Under the pieces are notes generated by a model. It made no database searches and was not told the DNA's origin. It saw only the letters and a list, made by a program, of their open reading frames with translations. From Lachnospiraceae bacterium (GTDB lineage: Bacteria > Bacillota > Clostridia > Lachnospirales > Lachnospiraceae): a stretch of 64,000 bases of DNA. The stretch is from contig JAQXGF010000115.1 in the NCBI GenBank assembly GCA_029006155.1, positions 3,161 to 67,160 of the forward strand. The letters run 5' to 3'. Position numbers and translations under genes: made by a program. This document shows, piece after piece, positions 1-9,802 of the stretch. Within the stretch, counting starts at the first letter, position 1. Each line of letters begins with the position of its first letter.

Positions 1-454
1 CGGCGAGATAGGTAATGTCCCGGTAGCCGTGGTCGCGTACCAGATGCTCTGCGATGGAGTACATCCCGTGATAATTGTCGGTAATGATTGCGGTTGCCCG
101 GTCGCTCTGAGCCCGTTCTTCCAGAATGACTCTTGGGATATTATCAAATTTGTGGAGAAATTCCTTCTGATCCGCTTCATTTAAAAACATTCCAAGCGAT
201 CCGTACTCGATGATCAGTGCATCGATATCGGCGAAAGACTGATAGTCGTACACCGTATTGAACTGGTAATCAAAATCTTTGTCGATATCTTCCTGCTCGT
301 TCAGCTTATAATAAAATCCGCAGTGAATTCCCAGAAAAAAGAGGACGTCGGCATCCATGCTTTTTGCCGCCTGGCAGATGCCCTGCATGACTTCGAGGAT
401 GTGCGGAGAGATTGCATTTCCGATCATAGCGCCTATTGTGTATTTGTTTTTCAT
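1..454 (-). CDS. LacI-type (PBP1) sensor-domain protein, N-terminal part; runs off the window (often fused to GGDEF/EAL)
   Basis: Manual translation from ATG at 454: MKNKYTIGAMIGNAISPHILEVMQGICQAAK...DALIIEYGS...IITDNYHGMYSIAEHLVRDHGYRDI; RBS GAAAGGGA upstream; not in the ORF track because it is truncated. Confidence 0.75.
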   Translation of the reverse strand, partial: MKNKYTIGAMIGNAISPHILEVMQGICQAAKSMDADVLFFLGIHCGFYYKLNEQEDIDKDFDYQFNTVYDYQSFADIDALIIEYGSLGMFLNEADQKEFLHKFDNIPRVILEERAQSDRATAIITDNYHGMYSIAEHLVRDHGYRDITYLA

Positions 455-704
455 AGTCGGTCCCTTTCTGCTAAGCGCTTATTAATTTTGTTCCTACTAT
501 TATAAAACAAAAGAGGAAAATTGTTAAGAGATAAACAAAAAAATACAAAAAAGCACGGGGAAATATTGCAAATATAACAAATCACGCCGACATGCTTTCG
601 GAGCATAAAAACAGATACAGGATAAGTATTAGACATAAAGGCACAAAAGATTATAATGAAGTAGATAGATGAAATGTACCCACAACGATAAGGAGGCGGT
701 ATCT

Positions 705-1175
705 ATGGGAAAGAAATTAGTAGCATATTTTAGCGCGACCGGGACGACGAAGCATGTCGCCGAGATGCTGGCAGAGGCAGCCGGGGCAGATTTGTATGAG
801 ATCGCTCCGAAGGTACCATATACGAAGGCAGATCTGGACTGGATGAATAAAAAGTCCAGAAGCAGCGTGGAGATGAATGATAAGACGATCCGGCCGGAGA
901 TTCAGGCAAACGATGCGAAGATCGACCAGTACGATGAGATCCTGATCGGCTTCCCGATCTGGTGGTATGTCGCTCCGACGATCATCAATACGTTTCTGGA
1001 AGCGTATGATTTTTCCGGAAAGAAGATCGTTTTGTTTGCAACTTCCGGTGGAAGCGGATTCGGAAATGCAGTCAGAGAGCTGCAGCCGTCCGCACCGAAG
1101 GCAACGATTCAGGAAGGCAAACTTTTAAATCACACGAATAAGCAGGAGCTTGAGCAGTGGGTAAAGACCCTGTAG
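705..1175 (+). CDS. Flavodoxin
   Basis: [12 protein letters not shown] loop, [14 protein letters not shown]; RBS AGGAGG before ATG 705. Confidence 0.9.
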   Translation: MGKKLVAYFSATGTTKHVAEMLAEAAGADLYEIAPKVPYTKADLDWMNKKSRSSVEMNDKTIRPEIQANDAKIDQYDEILIGFPIWWYVAPTIINTFLEAYDFSGKKIVLFATSGGSGFGNAVRELQPSAPKATIQEGKLLNHTNKQELEQWVKTL

Positions 1176-1183
1176 GAGGTATC

Positions 1184-1951
1184 ATGGCAAAAATCACGCA
1201 GACAGCAGGAAGAAATGCTCTGGGCACTTTCGCACCGGAGTTTGCACATTTTAATGACGATGTGCTTTTTGGAGAAAACTGGAACAATCAGGACATCGAT
1301 GTAAAGACGAGAAGCATCATCACCGTCGTGGCGCTGATGGCGCAGGGGATCACGGATTCTTCTTTGAAATTTCATTTACAGAATGCAAAAGACCACGGAG
1401 TGACACAGAAGGAAATCGCAGCGATCATTACCCACGTGGCATTTTATGCAGGCTGGCCGAAGGGCTGGGCGGTGTTCAATCTGGCAAAAGAAGTATGGAG
1501 CGATGGAGAGGGCGACCTCCCGTATGAGGACGAGGCGATGAGAGCCCATGCGAAAGAAATGGTATTCCCGATCGGTGCGCCGAATGACGGATTTGCCCAG
1601 TATTTCAGTGGAAAGAGCTATCTGGCTCCGGTCTCTACCAGTCAGGTCGGGATCTTTAACGTGACCTTCGAGCCGGGATGCCGGAACAACTGGCACATCC
1701 ACCATGCAAAGAGTGGCGGCGGACAGATCCTCGTATGTGTAGCCGGACGTGGTTACTATCAGGAAGAGGGCAAAGAGGCCATTGAGATGAAGCCGGGAGA
1801 CTGCATCAACATCCCGCCGGAAGTCAAGCACTGGCATGGTGCGGCACTGGATTCCGGGTTCTCCCATCTGGCTGTGGAAGTACCGGGCGAGGAGACATCC
1901 AATGAGTGGTGTGAGCCGGTATCAGATGAGGTATATGGAGCACTGAAATAG
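1184..1951 (+). CDS. Carboxymuconolactone decarboxylase (CMD) family / cupin fusion protein
   Basis: N-terminal CMD-like (DVLFGENW, HVAFYAGWP); C-terminal cupin (NVTFEPGCRNNWHIH...GGQ...KHWHGA). Confidence 0.85.
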   Translation: MAKITQTAGRNALGTFAPEFAHFNDDVLFGENWNNQDIDVKTRSIITVVALMAQGITDSSLKFHLQNAKDHGVTQKEIAAIITHVAFYAGWPKGWAVFNLAKEVWSDGEGDLPYEDEAMRAHAKEMVFPIGAPNDGFAQYFSGKSYLAPVSTSQVGIFNVTFEPGCRNNWHIHHAKSGGGQILVCVAGRGYYQEEGKEAIEMKPGDCINIPPEVKHWHGAALDSGFSHLAVEVPGEETSNEWCEPVSDEVYGALK

Positions 1952-1968
1952 AAGAATAGACATGTGGG

Positions 1969-2010
1969 AATCGCACTGGATCATGAGAAAAAGATCTGGT
2001 GCGATTTTTT
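1969..2010. terminator. Intrinsic terminator between convergent genes
   Basis: AATCGCACTGGATC...GATCTGGTGCGATT stem followed by a T run. Confidence 0.7.
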
Positions 2011-2899
2011 ATTCAGCCGCTTTCCGGTAAGCGAGCGGCGCAGCGCCGGCGATCTCGTGGAACTTTTTGGTAAAGTAGGAGGGGCTGGAGAAGCCGCAGG
2101 CCAGCGCGATGTCGGTCACGCTGCGGTCGGTGGTGGTCAGTAAATTTGCGGCGAAGAAAATGCGACGGCGCAGGACGTATTCGACCGGACTGGCGTGCAG
2201 GTAGCGGCGGAACATGCGCTGACATTCTCTTGGACAGATGTTTGCAGCGTCAGCGATGTGCCGGACGTCGACGGGTTCCTCCATGTGCTGGTCAATCCAT
2301 GCGAGCATCTGCTTCAGGCGCGTTTCTGAGATGGCGGACATACGGGTGGACGGGGTGACCTGGGCTTTTTGCAGTACAAAGAGCAGCAGGGAAGAGAGCG
2401 CAGCACGGACCTCAAACTCATAGCCGAAGTCTTCTCGTTCACAGGCAGAGAAGGCCCGTTGAAACGTATCGAAAAAGATGGCATTTGCTTCGGCTGCCTC
2501 AAAAGTAAGAAAAGGTGGCCCCTGTTCGATCAGAGGGCGCAGGTAGACGGTGTCAAATACGCTGCCAGGCATGCCACCGATGAGTCCCGCATCCACGACA
2601 AAGGAGCGGTAGATGCACGGCCTTGGCAGGGCGGAGACGAAGGAGTGCAGAATGCCGGAATTGATAAAGCAACCGTCGCCTGCGTGAAGCGTGATCGTGC
2701 GTTCACCGACCCCAATCTGTACACTTCCTTCCATCAATTCAAAAATTTCGAGCTCCCGGTGCCAGTGGGACGGGATACAGCCGGTGAAAAAGCCGCGGAT
2801 ATCTCCGGCATTTGCGAGCAGGGGAAAGGAAGGCTGCTCGATCATCTGCAGCTCCTGGCGCTGCTGGTTTATCTGGATGGCGGTTCGGCGGTAAATCAT
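2009..2899 (-). CDS. AraC family transcriptional regulator (cupin sensor + HTH), divergent from MATE
   Basis: HWHRELEIF cupin; C-terminal SVTDIALACGFSSPSYFTKKF. Confidence 0.92.
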   Translation of the reverse strand: MIYRRTAIQINQQRQELQMIEQPSFPLLANAGDIRGFFTGCIPSHWHRELEIFELMEGSVQIGVGERTITLHAGDGCFINSGILHSFVSALPRPCIYRSFVVDAGLIGGMPGSVFDTVYLRPLIEQGPPFLTFEAAEANAIFFDTFQRAFSACEREDFGYEFEVRAALSSLLLFVLQKAQVTPSTRMSAISETRLKQMLAWIDQHMEEPVDVRHIADAANICPRECQRMFRRYLHASPVEYVLRRRIFFAANLLTTTDRSVTDIALACGFSSPSYFTKKFHEIAGAAPLAYRKAAE

Positions 2900-3057
2900 G
2901 GAGTTCCTCCTTTGGTTATGATTTGCTTATTGCTTAGCGCAATTGAAGTATGGGACTTGCTTGATTCGGTTAAAATAGTCGCATTTGTTATAGTTTATGC
3001 CGTTTCTGTGAAAGCTGCAAGTGATTTTTGACGCTATAGTAAATGTGCAATGTTTAC

Positions 3058-3178
3058 GGCCATGAGCAAGTAGCGAACCTTGGCTCAGTCAGCAGAAGCC
3101 TCGCAGCAGCCCCGCAGCAAAGCAGCAGGGATGAGCAGCAGGGATGAGCTGCGGGGATGGATTGCGAATGTCCGCTTT
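3058..3178. repeat. REP/MITE-like element in the MATE leader, with a 13-bp triple tandem repeat
   Basis: Starts CATGAGCAAGTAGCGAA (shared with 54711); CCCCGCAGC...GCTGCGGGG palindrome; AGCAGCAGGGATG x2 plus AGCTGCGGGGATG (3121-3159); ends GGATTGCGAATGTCCGCTT (shared with 45194/45223). Confidence 0.6.
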
Positions 3179-3202
3179 ACAAATCACGGGAGGAATGAAA
3201 TT

Positions 3203-4561
3203 ATGGCAGATACGGGACAGTCACATGTACTCGACATGACAAAGGGCAGCCCGATGCGACTTCTGATGCAGTTTTCACTGCCACTGTTTTTTGGCAATCT
3301 GCTGCAGCAGTGCTACAATCTGGCGGATACTGCAATTGCAGGACATCTGCTCGGGGATGCGGCGCTGGCACAGATCGGAGCGACGGCAGCGCTGTACAGT
3401 CTGATTATGAATTTTGCATTTGGATTGAATAATGGAATGGCACTGACGGTGAGCCGGAGCTTTGGTGCGGGTGATGAGAAAAAAATGCGGCAGGCGACGT
3501 GTTGGATGGTGACGCTGGCGGTAATGTGGAGTCTGCTGCTGACCATTGTATTTTTAGGGATCCGCAGGCCGCTGCTTGGCTGGCTGCAGGTACCGGCGGA
3601 GACGTTGGATGGCGCACTGCAGTACCTGACGGTGATTCTGGCCGGCATTCCGCTCACGATGGCCTATAATATGGAATCCGCGATGCTGCAGTCGGTCGGT
3701 GACAGCATGCTGCCGCTGCGGCTTTTGCTGTTCAGCAGTGTGCTGAATATCGGTCTGGACTTTCTGTTTATGGGACCACTTGGGCTTGGCGTGCGCGGTG
3801 CGGCGATCGCAACGGTCGCGTCGCAGGGTATCAGTGCGGGGCTTGGCGCATATATGATCGTAAAGCACCATCCGGAACTGCATTTTTCCGGATCAGACCG
3901 GAAGACGGAGCCGGGATTTGTCAGGGAACTGCTGGCTACGGGACTTAGCATGGCGATGATGAGTACGCTGTACAACCTCGGCAGCGTCATCATGCAGGGA
4001 AGTATCAATGCGCTCGGCAACGTCTATATCGCAGCACAGGTCGGCGGACGGCGTCTGGCGGAGCTGTTCTACATACCGGGACTGGCGCTTGGCACCGGAA
4101 CCGCGACTTACGCAAGCCAGAATTATGGGGCAGGGAAGAACACGCGGATTACGCGCGGCATCCGGACGGCGATTCTGCTCTATGGCATCTGGTGGCTGTT
4201 TGCACTTACGTTTGCCATTCTGGCTGCGCCACAGGCAGTCGGATTGATTACCGGGAGCGACAGCCGGGAAGTAATCGAAAATGCGACTATGTATTTGCGG
4301 ATCAGCATTCCGATGATGCCGCCGATGGGCGTGCTTGTCATCGTGCGAAATGCCCTGCAGGGCATGCGGCATACACTGGCGCCGCTGTTTTGCAGTGCGC
4401 TGGAGCTGATCGGAAAAGTGATCTTTGCGCTCTGGATCATTCCAGTAAAAGGGTATTTCGCAGTCTGCATCTGCGAGCCGGTGACGTGGGTCATCTGCTG
4501 TGCATTTATTCTCGTAGCACTGTATTTGTTCCGGGGCGAGCTGCGGATGGATGCGGCGTGA
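3203..4561 (+). CDS. MATE family efflux transporter
   Basis: DMTKGSPMRLLMQFSLPL, NLLQQCYNLAD, SQNYGAG, about 12 TM; RBS GGGAGG. Confidence 0.93.
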   Translation: MADTGQSHVLDMTKGSPMRLLMQFSLPLFFGNLLQQCYNLADTAIAGHLLGDAALAQIGATAALYSLIMNFAFGLNNGMALTVSRSFGAGDEKKMRQATCWMVTLAVMWSLLLTIVFLGIRRPLLGWLQVPAETLDGALQYLTVILAGIPLTMAYNMESAMLQSVGDSMLPLRLLLFSSVLNIGLDFLFMGPLGLGVRGAAIATVASQGISAGLGAYMIVKHHPELHFSGSDRKTEPGFVRELLATGLSMAMMSTLYNLGSVIMQGSINALGNVYIAAQVGGRRLAELFYIPGLALGTGTATYASQNYGAGKNTRITRGIRTAILLYGIWWLFALTFAILAAPQAVGLITGSDSREVIENATMYLRISIPMMPPMGVLVIVRNALQGMRHTLAPLFCSALELIGKVIFALWIIPVKGYFAVCICEPVTWVICCAFILVALYLFRGELRMDAA

Positions 4562-4723
4562 AAATGACGTTGAAGCGGTCATTTACGTGAGCGACGGACC
4601 GGGTATACTTGGCGACGGTGGAGAAGTATCCGGCGGCTTCGGACACAGAGGTTACGAGGAAAGATGTTTACGGTTGGGCAATTGATTGCATAGCATAATA
4701 AAAAGCAGGAATGGTAGGTTACT

Positions 4724-4782
4724 AGGCAAGAAGTAGGATACTGGGAATGAATGCCCGATATTCCGCTTCTTGCTTATTTTTT
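4724..4782 (+). terminator. Intrinsic terminator downstream of MATE
   Basis: AGGCAAGAAG...CTTCTTGCTT stem followed by ATTTTTT. Confidence 0.65.
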
Positions 4783-4814
4783 ATTCTTACTGAGAAAAAA
4801 GAGCAACGCCCCTC

Positions 4815-4875
4815 TTGACACCTATACCCCTATAGGTATATGATGAGGCGGTAAATCTATACGGGTATGGGTATA
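4815..4875 (+). promoter_or_regulatory. sigma-A promoter with two CsoR-type operators
   Basis: TTGACA (4815) and TATGAT (4839); pseudo-palindromes TATACCCCTATAGGTATA (4823-4840) and TATACGGGTATGGGTATA (4858-4875) resemble CsoR G/C-tract operators. Confidence 0.75.
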
Positions 4876-4890
4876 AAAGAGGAGGGAATT

Positions 4891-6777
4891 ATGAAACGGA
4901 TTACAGACAAAATGGAGTGGCTGCTGGAGCTTGGCGGGACGAAGCGGGATATTGTGTTTCTCGTGATCTCCGGTGTGGCATTGCTGGCAAGCATGTTTCA
5001 TCTGCTGCCGCTGCCGTTTGATGCGGCGTGGGTAGCGATCATCCTGTGCGGCGTTCCGATTATGATGGAAGCGTTTATCGGACTGGTCACGGAATTTGAC
5101 ATCAAGGCGGATGTGCTCGTCTCGATCGCGCTGCTGGCATCGGTCGTCATCGGTGAGGATTTTGCGGCAGGAGAGGTCGCGTTTATCATGCAGATCGGCG
5201 GACTGCTCGAAGAGCTGACAGTGGCAAAGGCGCGGGCCGGGATCGAGAAGCTCGTACATCTGACGCCTCAGACCGCGCGTGTCATCAGCGATGCGGGAGA
5301 GGAGATCATCGCAGCGGAGCTGGTCGTGAAGGATGCGCTGCTGCGGGTGCTGCCGGGTGAGACGATTCCGGTGGACGGCGTGATCGTAAAGGGCGAGACA
5401 TCCGTCAATCAGGCGGTGCTCACCGGTGAGTCACTTCCGGTCGACAAAGGCGTCGGCGATGAGGTTTCCTCCGGAACGGTGAATCAGTTCGGTGCGTTTG
5501 AGATGCGGGCGACGCGGGTCGGCGAGGACAGCTCGATTCAGCGGATGATCCGTCTGGTGCAGTCGGCGGATGCCGGAAAGGCAAAGATCGTCGGAATTGC
5601 CGACCGCTGGGCGACCTGGATCGTTGTGGCGGCTTTGAGTGCGGCGGCACTGACCTGGCTTGTGACCGGAGAGATCATCCGGGCGGTAACGATCCTCGTT
5701 GTGTTTTGTCCGTGTGCGCTTGTACTGGCGACACCGACGGCGATCATGGCAGGCATTGGAAATGCGACGCGCCACGGCTTTCTCGTGCGGGAGGGTGATG
5801 CCCTCGAGCGACTGGCAAAGGTGAACCGGATCGCCTTTGACAAGACTGGTACACTGACCTTTGGCCAGCCGTGCGTGACAGCGATAAAGAGCTACAGCGA
5901 GGCATGTCCGGAAAAAGAACTGTATGCATATGCGGCGGCAGCGGAGCAGTATTCGGAGCATCCGCTCGGAAAGGCAATTGTCACCTGCTATAAAAAAGAA
6001 GAAGGAAACGTGCTGCAGCAGGCGGAAGGATTTTGCCTGCTGGCTGGTCAGGGCGTGACCGCAACGGTCGCAGGAAAAGTACTTTGTATCGGAAATGAAC
6101 GACTGCTTCAGGCAAATGAGGCGACGATCCCGGAGAAGGCGCGGGAAGATGCTGACCGCTACATCCGGGAAGGCAGTACGGTCATCTATGTAGCGGAAGA
6201 AAAGCAGTTCCTCGGATTTCTGGTATTGTCGGATACGATGCGGGGCGACAGTGCCGGTATGATTCAGAAGCTTCAGGCACAGGGCGTTGTGCCGATGCTG
6301 CTGACCGGCGACCACGATGCGGCGGCCATGCACATCGCGAGACAGGCGGGAATCAGTGCCGTCCATGCGGATTGCCTGCCGGAAGATAAGCTGAACTGGA
6401 TTTCGACTTATCAGAAGCGCGGCGAGTCGATCGCGATGATCGGAGACGGCATCAACGATGCACCGGCGCTGAAAATGGCAGACGTCGGCATCGCAATGGG
6501 TGGCGTGGGCAGCGACATCGCAGTGGACGCAGCAGACATCGCACTGGTCGATGACGAGATCAAAGAGCTGCCGCATCTCATGGCGCTTTCGAAAAAGATG
6601 ATGCGGACGATTCATCTGAATCTGACGTTTTCCCTCACCCTGAATTTCATCGCAGTCGCTCTGGCGATTACCGGCATTCTGAATCCAGTCGTCGGCGCGC
6701 TCGTACATAACGCGGGTTCCGTACTCGTCATTCTCAATTCGTTCTTTGTATTAAACTATAAATCTCATCTGAATTGA
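4891..6777 (+). CDS. Heavy-metal-translocating P1B-type ATPase without an N-terminal metal-binding domain
   Basis: TGES, CPC, DKTGT, SEHP and GDGINDAP motifs. Confidence 0.95.
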   Translation: MKRITDKMEWLLELGGTKRDIVFLVISGVALLASMFHLLPLPFDAAWVAIILCGVPIMMEAFIGLVTEFDIKADVLVSIALLASVVIGEDFAAGEVAFIMQIGGLLEELTVAKARAGIEKLVHLTPQTARVISDAGEEIIAAELVVKDALLRVLPGETIPVDGVIVKGETSVNQAVLTGESLPVDKGVGDEVSSGTVNQFGAFEMRATRVGEDSSIQRMIRLVQSADAGKAKIVGIADRWATWIVVAALSAAALTWLVTGEIIRAVTILVVFCPCALVLATPTAIMAGIGNATRHGFLVREGDALERLAKVNRIAFDKTGTLTFGQPCVTAIKSYSEACPEKELYAYAAAAEQYSEHPLGKAIVTCYKKEEGNVLQQAEGFCLLAGQGVTATVAGKVLCIGNERLLQANEATIPEKAREDADRYIREGSTVIYVAEEKQFLGFLVLSDTMRGDSAGMIQKLQAQGVVPMLLTGDHDAAAMHIARQAGISAVHADCLPEDKLNWISTYQKRGESIAMIGDGINDAPALKMADVGIAMGGVGSDIAVDAADIALVDDEIKELPHLMALSKKMMRTIHLNLTFSLTLNFIAVALAITGILNPVVGALVHNAGSVLVILNSFFVLNYKSHLN

Positions 6778-6824
6778 CATTTCAAGGAGAAAAAGCTATA
6801 ATCGTCACATACCCCCAGAGGTAT
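6774..6824 (+). promoter_or_regulatory. csoR promoter and autoregulatory operator
   Basis: TTGACA(6774)-17 nt-TATAAT(6797); ATACCCCCAGAGGTAT at 6809-6824. Confidence 0.7.
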
Positions 6825-6835
6825 TAGATGGGAGA

Positions 6836-7117
6836 ATGAATATGAAGCAATGCATGGATACGGAAAATCTGCACCGCAGATTACGGAAAATAGTTGGACA
6901 GGTACAGGCGATCGATCGCATGATCGACGAGGATGTCCCGTGTGAGGACATCCTGTCCCAGATGAACGCGGTCAAATCCGCAATGCACAAATGCGGACAG
7001 ATCGTCATGGAAGGCCACATCAACAACTGCGTGCGCGAAGGCATCGAACACGGTGACGCCGACGCCACCATCGCCAAATTCACCAAAGTAGTGGAGCGAT
7101 TCGCAAACATGAAATAA
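6836..7117 (+). CDS. csoR: CsoR/RcnR family metal-sensing repressor
   Basis: RLRKIVGQV..I.RMI...C.DIL.Q...H...C with the C-H-C ligand pattern. Confidence 0.9.
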   Translation: MNMKQCMDTENLHRRLRKIVGQVQAIDRMIDEDVPCEDILSQMNAVKSAMHKCGQIVMEGHINNCVREGIEHGDADATIAKFTKVVERFANMK

Positions 7118-7120
7118 CCA

Positions 7121-7339
7121 GTTCAGAGTAGCAGCAAACAGCGAAGACAGAATTCAGCAAATTTATTTGCTGAAGGCTGTATTGGCTGTTTGGGATGGGC
7201 TGCGTCGTAAGGAGGGACCCGCTTGCGGGAGGATTCCTTATGACCTGCGCGCCATCAGGCGCTACTCGAGCCCATCAGCCGATAGCCTGATGCTCTGAAC
7301 GTGTGATAGCGCTTACCATTTTAGCCCGCTGCTCTGAAC
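7121..7339. other. Highly structured intergenic element (MITE-like or ncRNA) of unknown class
   Basis: Terminal inverted repeats GTTCAGAGTAGC / GCTGCTCTGAAC and several nested stems. Confidence 0.55.
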
Positions 7340-7355
7340 CTATGGCAGCACATCA

Positions 7356-7395
7356 CAGCAGACAGAGCTTCCTCTGTCTGCTGCTTGCTGTCTTT
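7356..7395 (+). terminator. Strong hairpin upstream of cobT (terminator-like)
   Basis: 12-bp perfect stem CAGCAGACAGAG/CTCTGTCTGCTG with a weak T-tail. Confidence 0.5.
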
Positions 7396-7427
7396 CCCAA
7401 TTTCCAAAGAAAAGAAAGGATCAAACA

Positions 7428-8486
7428 ATGACAACACTGACATTACAGGAAGCATTAAACCAGATCACCCCGGCATCGGAGAGCGCCATCGCGCAGGCAT
7501 GGGCGCACTGGGATGCGATTGCGATGCCACTGCGCAGCCTTGGCAGACTGCAGCAGACCATCACCCGCATTGCAGGGATGACCGGTACGCCGCGGGTAAA
7601 ACTCGATAAAAAGGCACTGGTCGTATTTTGTGCGGATAATGGCGTCGTAGCGGAGGGCGTGACTCAGACCGGACAGGAAGTCACGAAAATCGTGGCTGAG
7701 AATTTCCTGAAGGAAAATACGACCGCAGCGATCTTCTGCCGTGAGACCGGCGCAGACATCTGCCCGATCGACATCGGAATGGTGCCGGACAGCATCGTGA
7801 GGAACTGCAAGGTGGCACGCGGCACAAAAAATATGGCGCAGGAACCGGCGATGACGCGCGACGAGGCAATCCAGGCGTTGGAGACCGGAATCATGCTGGC
7901 GTGTGAGAAAAAGGAGCAGGGATATGATATCCTGGCGACCGGTGAAATGGGCATCGGCAATACGACGACGAGCAGTGCGATCGCTTCCGTACTGCTGGAA
8001 AAGCGCCCGGAAGAAGTGACCGGAAAGGGAGCCGGACTGTCCTCCGAGGGGATGAAACGGAAAATCCATGCGATCGAGACCGCGATCGAAAAGCATCAGC
8101 CGGATAAAAAGGATGTCGTGGATGTGCTCTCCAAGGTCGGCGGCTTTGACATCGCAGGTATGACCGGACTGTTCCTCGGCGGTGCGGCGCTGCATATGCC
8201 GGTCGTCGCAGACGGCTTCATCTCCTGCGTGGCAGCCCTGTGCGCGATCCGCATGTGTCCGGCAGTGAAGGATTACGTCATCACGTCCCACAAGTCCAAG
8301 GAACCGGCGACCAGAATGCTTCTGGATGCGATCGATATCCCGGTATTCCTCGACTGTGATATGTGTCTTGGTGAAGGCACCGGAGCGGTAGCGATCTTCC
8401 CGCTGCTCGATCTGGCGCTGTCTGTTTACAATGGCATGAGTACCTTTGCAGATAATGATATCGAGCAGTATGTACCGCAGAATTAA
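7428..8486 (+). CDS. cobT: Nicotinate-nucleotide--dimethylbenzimidazole phosphoribosyltransferase
   Basis: SLGRL, ADNGV..EGV, GEMGIGNTT, DGFIS, LGEGTGA motifs. Confidence 0.95.
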   Translation: MTTLTLQEALNQITPASESAIAQAWAHWDAIAMPLRSLGRLQQTITRIAGMTGTPRVKLDKKALVVFCADNGVVAEGVTQTGQEVTKIVAENFLKENTTAAIFCRETGADICPIDIGMVPDSIVRNCKVARGTKNMAQEPAMTRDEAIQALETGIMLACEKKEQGYDILATGEMGIGNTTTSSAIASVLLEKRPEEVTGKGAGLSSEGMKRKIHAIETAIEKHQPDKKDVVDVLSKVGGFDIAGMTGLFLGGAALHMPVVADGFISCVAALCAIRMCPAVKDYVITSHKSKEPATRMLLDAIDIPVFLDCDMCLGEGTGAVAIFPLLDLALSVYNGMSTFADNDIEQYVPQN

Positions 8487-8825
8487 CCGAATCAAGTAGC
8501 GACTGGTAAAATGAAGTGATCCAGGCAGCCTGAAAGATGGGCCGCGGGTTCGATATCGTATTGATAGAATGAAACGCGGATGGCGAAAAGAATAAAACAA
8601 AAGTGTGAATAAGAAGGATGAAGAAGAATAAATATACATTAAAACATGTATAAATGCATAAAACTTTATCCATATACACCTAAATACCGTTCCAAATTCT
8701 TTTTCGCCTGGGCAGGCAGGCCAGGGGCTTTCATTATATAGAGCCAGATATCCGTTTTCGTCTCTGAAATCCACCTGGTTTCCGGTGCTTTTAGAAACGT
8801 GCATGCGAAAACATACAAAAAAACT

Positions 8826-8894
8826 TGCATGAATATTCATAAACCTCTTGATTTTTTCTGAAAGCAGCGTTATAATTTGTCGCATAAATATGCA
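8826..8894 (+). promoter_or_regulatory. Promoter flanked by ARG boxes (ArgR)
   Basis: TGCATGAATATTCA (8826-8839) and CGCATAAATATGCA (8881-8894) fit the TGAAT-N4-ATTCA core; TTGATT(8848)-17 nt-TATAAT(8871). Confidence 0.7.
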
Positions 8895-8920
8895 GGAGAT
8901 GCAAATGAGGAGGAAATATT

Positions 8921-9802
8921 ATGAAAAAGCTGGTTTCTGGATGTATCGCAGTTTCTATGGTACTTGGCATGATGGCAGGCTCCACTGCAATGGCAGCCGA
9001 TGATGCACTGGACAACATCAAAGAGAGAGGAAAGCTGATCGTAGCGACCGACGCTGCATGGCCTCCGTTTGAATATATGGAAGGAGAAAAGGTAGTCGGC
9101 GTGGATGTCGATATCGCACAGGACATCGCAGATGGCCTTGGCGTAGATCTGGAAGTGATCAATGTTGCATTTGATTCCCTTTCCATGTATCTGGAAAATG
9201 GCGAGGCAGATCTGGCACTCGCAGCGATCACTGTGACCGAGGACCGCGCAGAGAGCATGGAGTTCTCTGATCCGTACTGTGACGCTTATCAGTACATCGT
9301 CGTAAAAGAGGACGATGACAACGTAAAGACGATCGACGATCTGGCAGGCTATATCATCGGTGTACATCTCGGAACGACCGGCGACTTCCTCGCATCCGAT
9401 GAAGTGAACATGGGCGTGCTCGCAGGCACCGGCGCGAGCGTACAGCAGTACAAGGATCTGACGATCGCAGCGATGGGCCTGAAGGCCGGCGATGTACAGG
9501 CGATCGTATGTGACAAGCTTCTGGCTGAGAACCTTTGCACGATCAACGATGGCCTGAAGTGCTTCGAGGCGACCTACGCAGATGGCAGCTCCACACTGGA
9601 GAAGTACGCAGCAGCAGCGGCAAAAGGCCAGACCAGCCTGATCGAGAAGGTCAATGAGATCATTGATCCGCTGAAGAAAGACGGCACGATCGATCAGTAC
9701 ATTCTGGATGAGAGCGCAAAGGCATCTGCACTGAATGAAGAAGCGGAGTCCGAGACTGAGGCAGCTTCAGAGGCAGCAGAGACCGAGACCGCTGCAGAGT
9801 AA
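8921..9802 (+). CDS. Polar amino acid ABC transporter substrate-binding protein
   Basis: WPPFEY, GVDVDIA, ITVTEDR..MEFSDPY, GTTGD; signal peptide. Confidence 0.93.
   Translation: MKKLVSGCIAVSMVLGMMAGSTAMAADDALDNIKERGKLIVATDAAWPPFEYMEGEKVVGVDVDIAQDIADGLGVDLEVINVAFDSLSMYLENGEADLALAAITVTEDRAESMEFSDPYCDAYQYIVVKEDDDNVKTIDDLAGYIIGVHLGTTGDFLASDEVNMGVLAGTGASVQQYKDLTIAAMGLKAGDVQAIVCDKLLAENLCTINDGLKCFEATYADGSSTLEKYAAAAAKGQTSLIEKVNEIIDPLKKDGTIDQYILDESAKASALNEEAESETEAASEAAETETAAE

Noticed and set aside
7121-7427. Cobalamin riboswitch upstream of cobT
   Set aside because: Expected from context, but the B12-box and GGGAA/GCCACTG core are not visible; only a GACCTG fragment matches
5431-8885. Long antisense ORFs (425 aa at 5431-6708; 476 aa at 7455-8885)
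   Set aside because: Shadow frames of well-supported genes, explained by codon bias; no recognisable motifs
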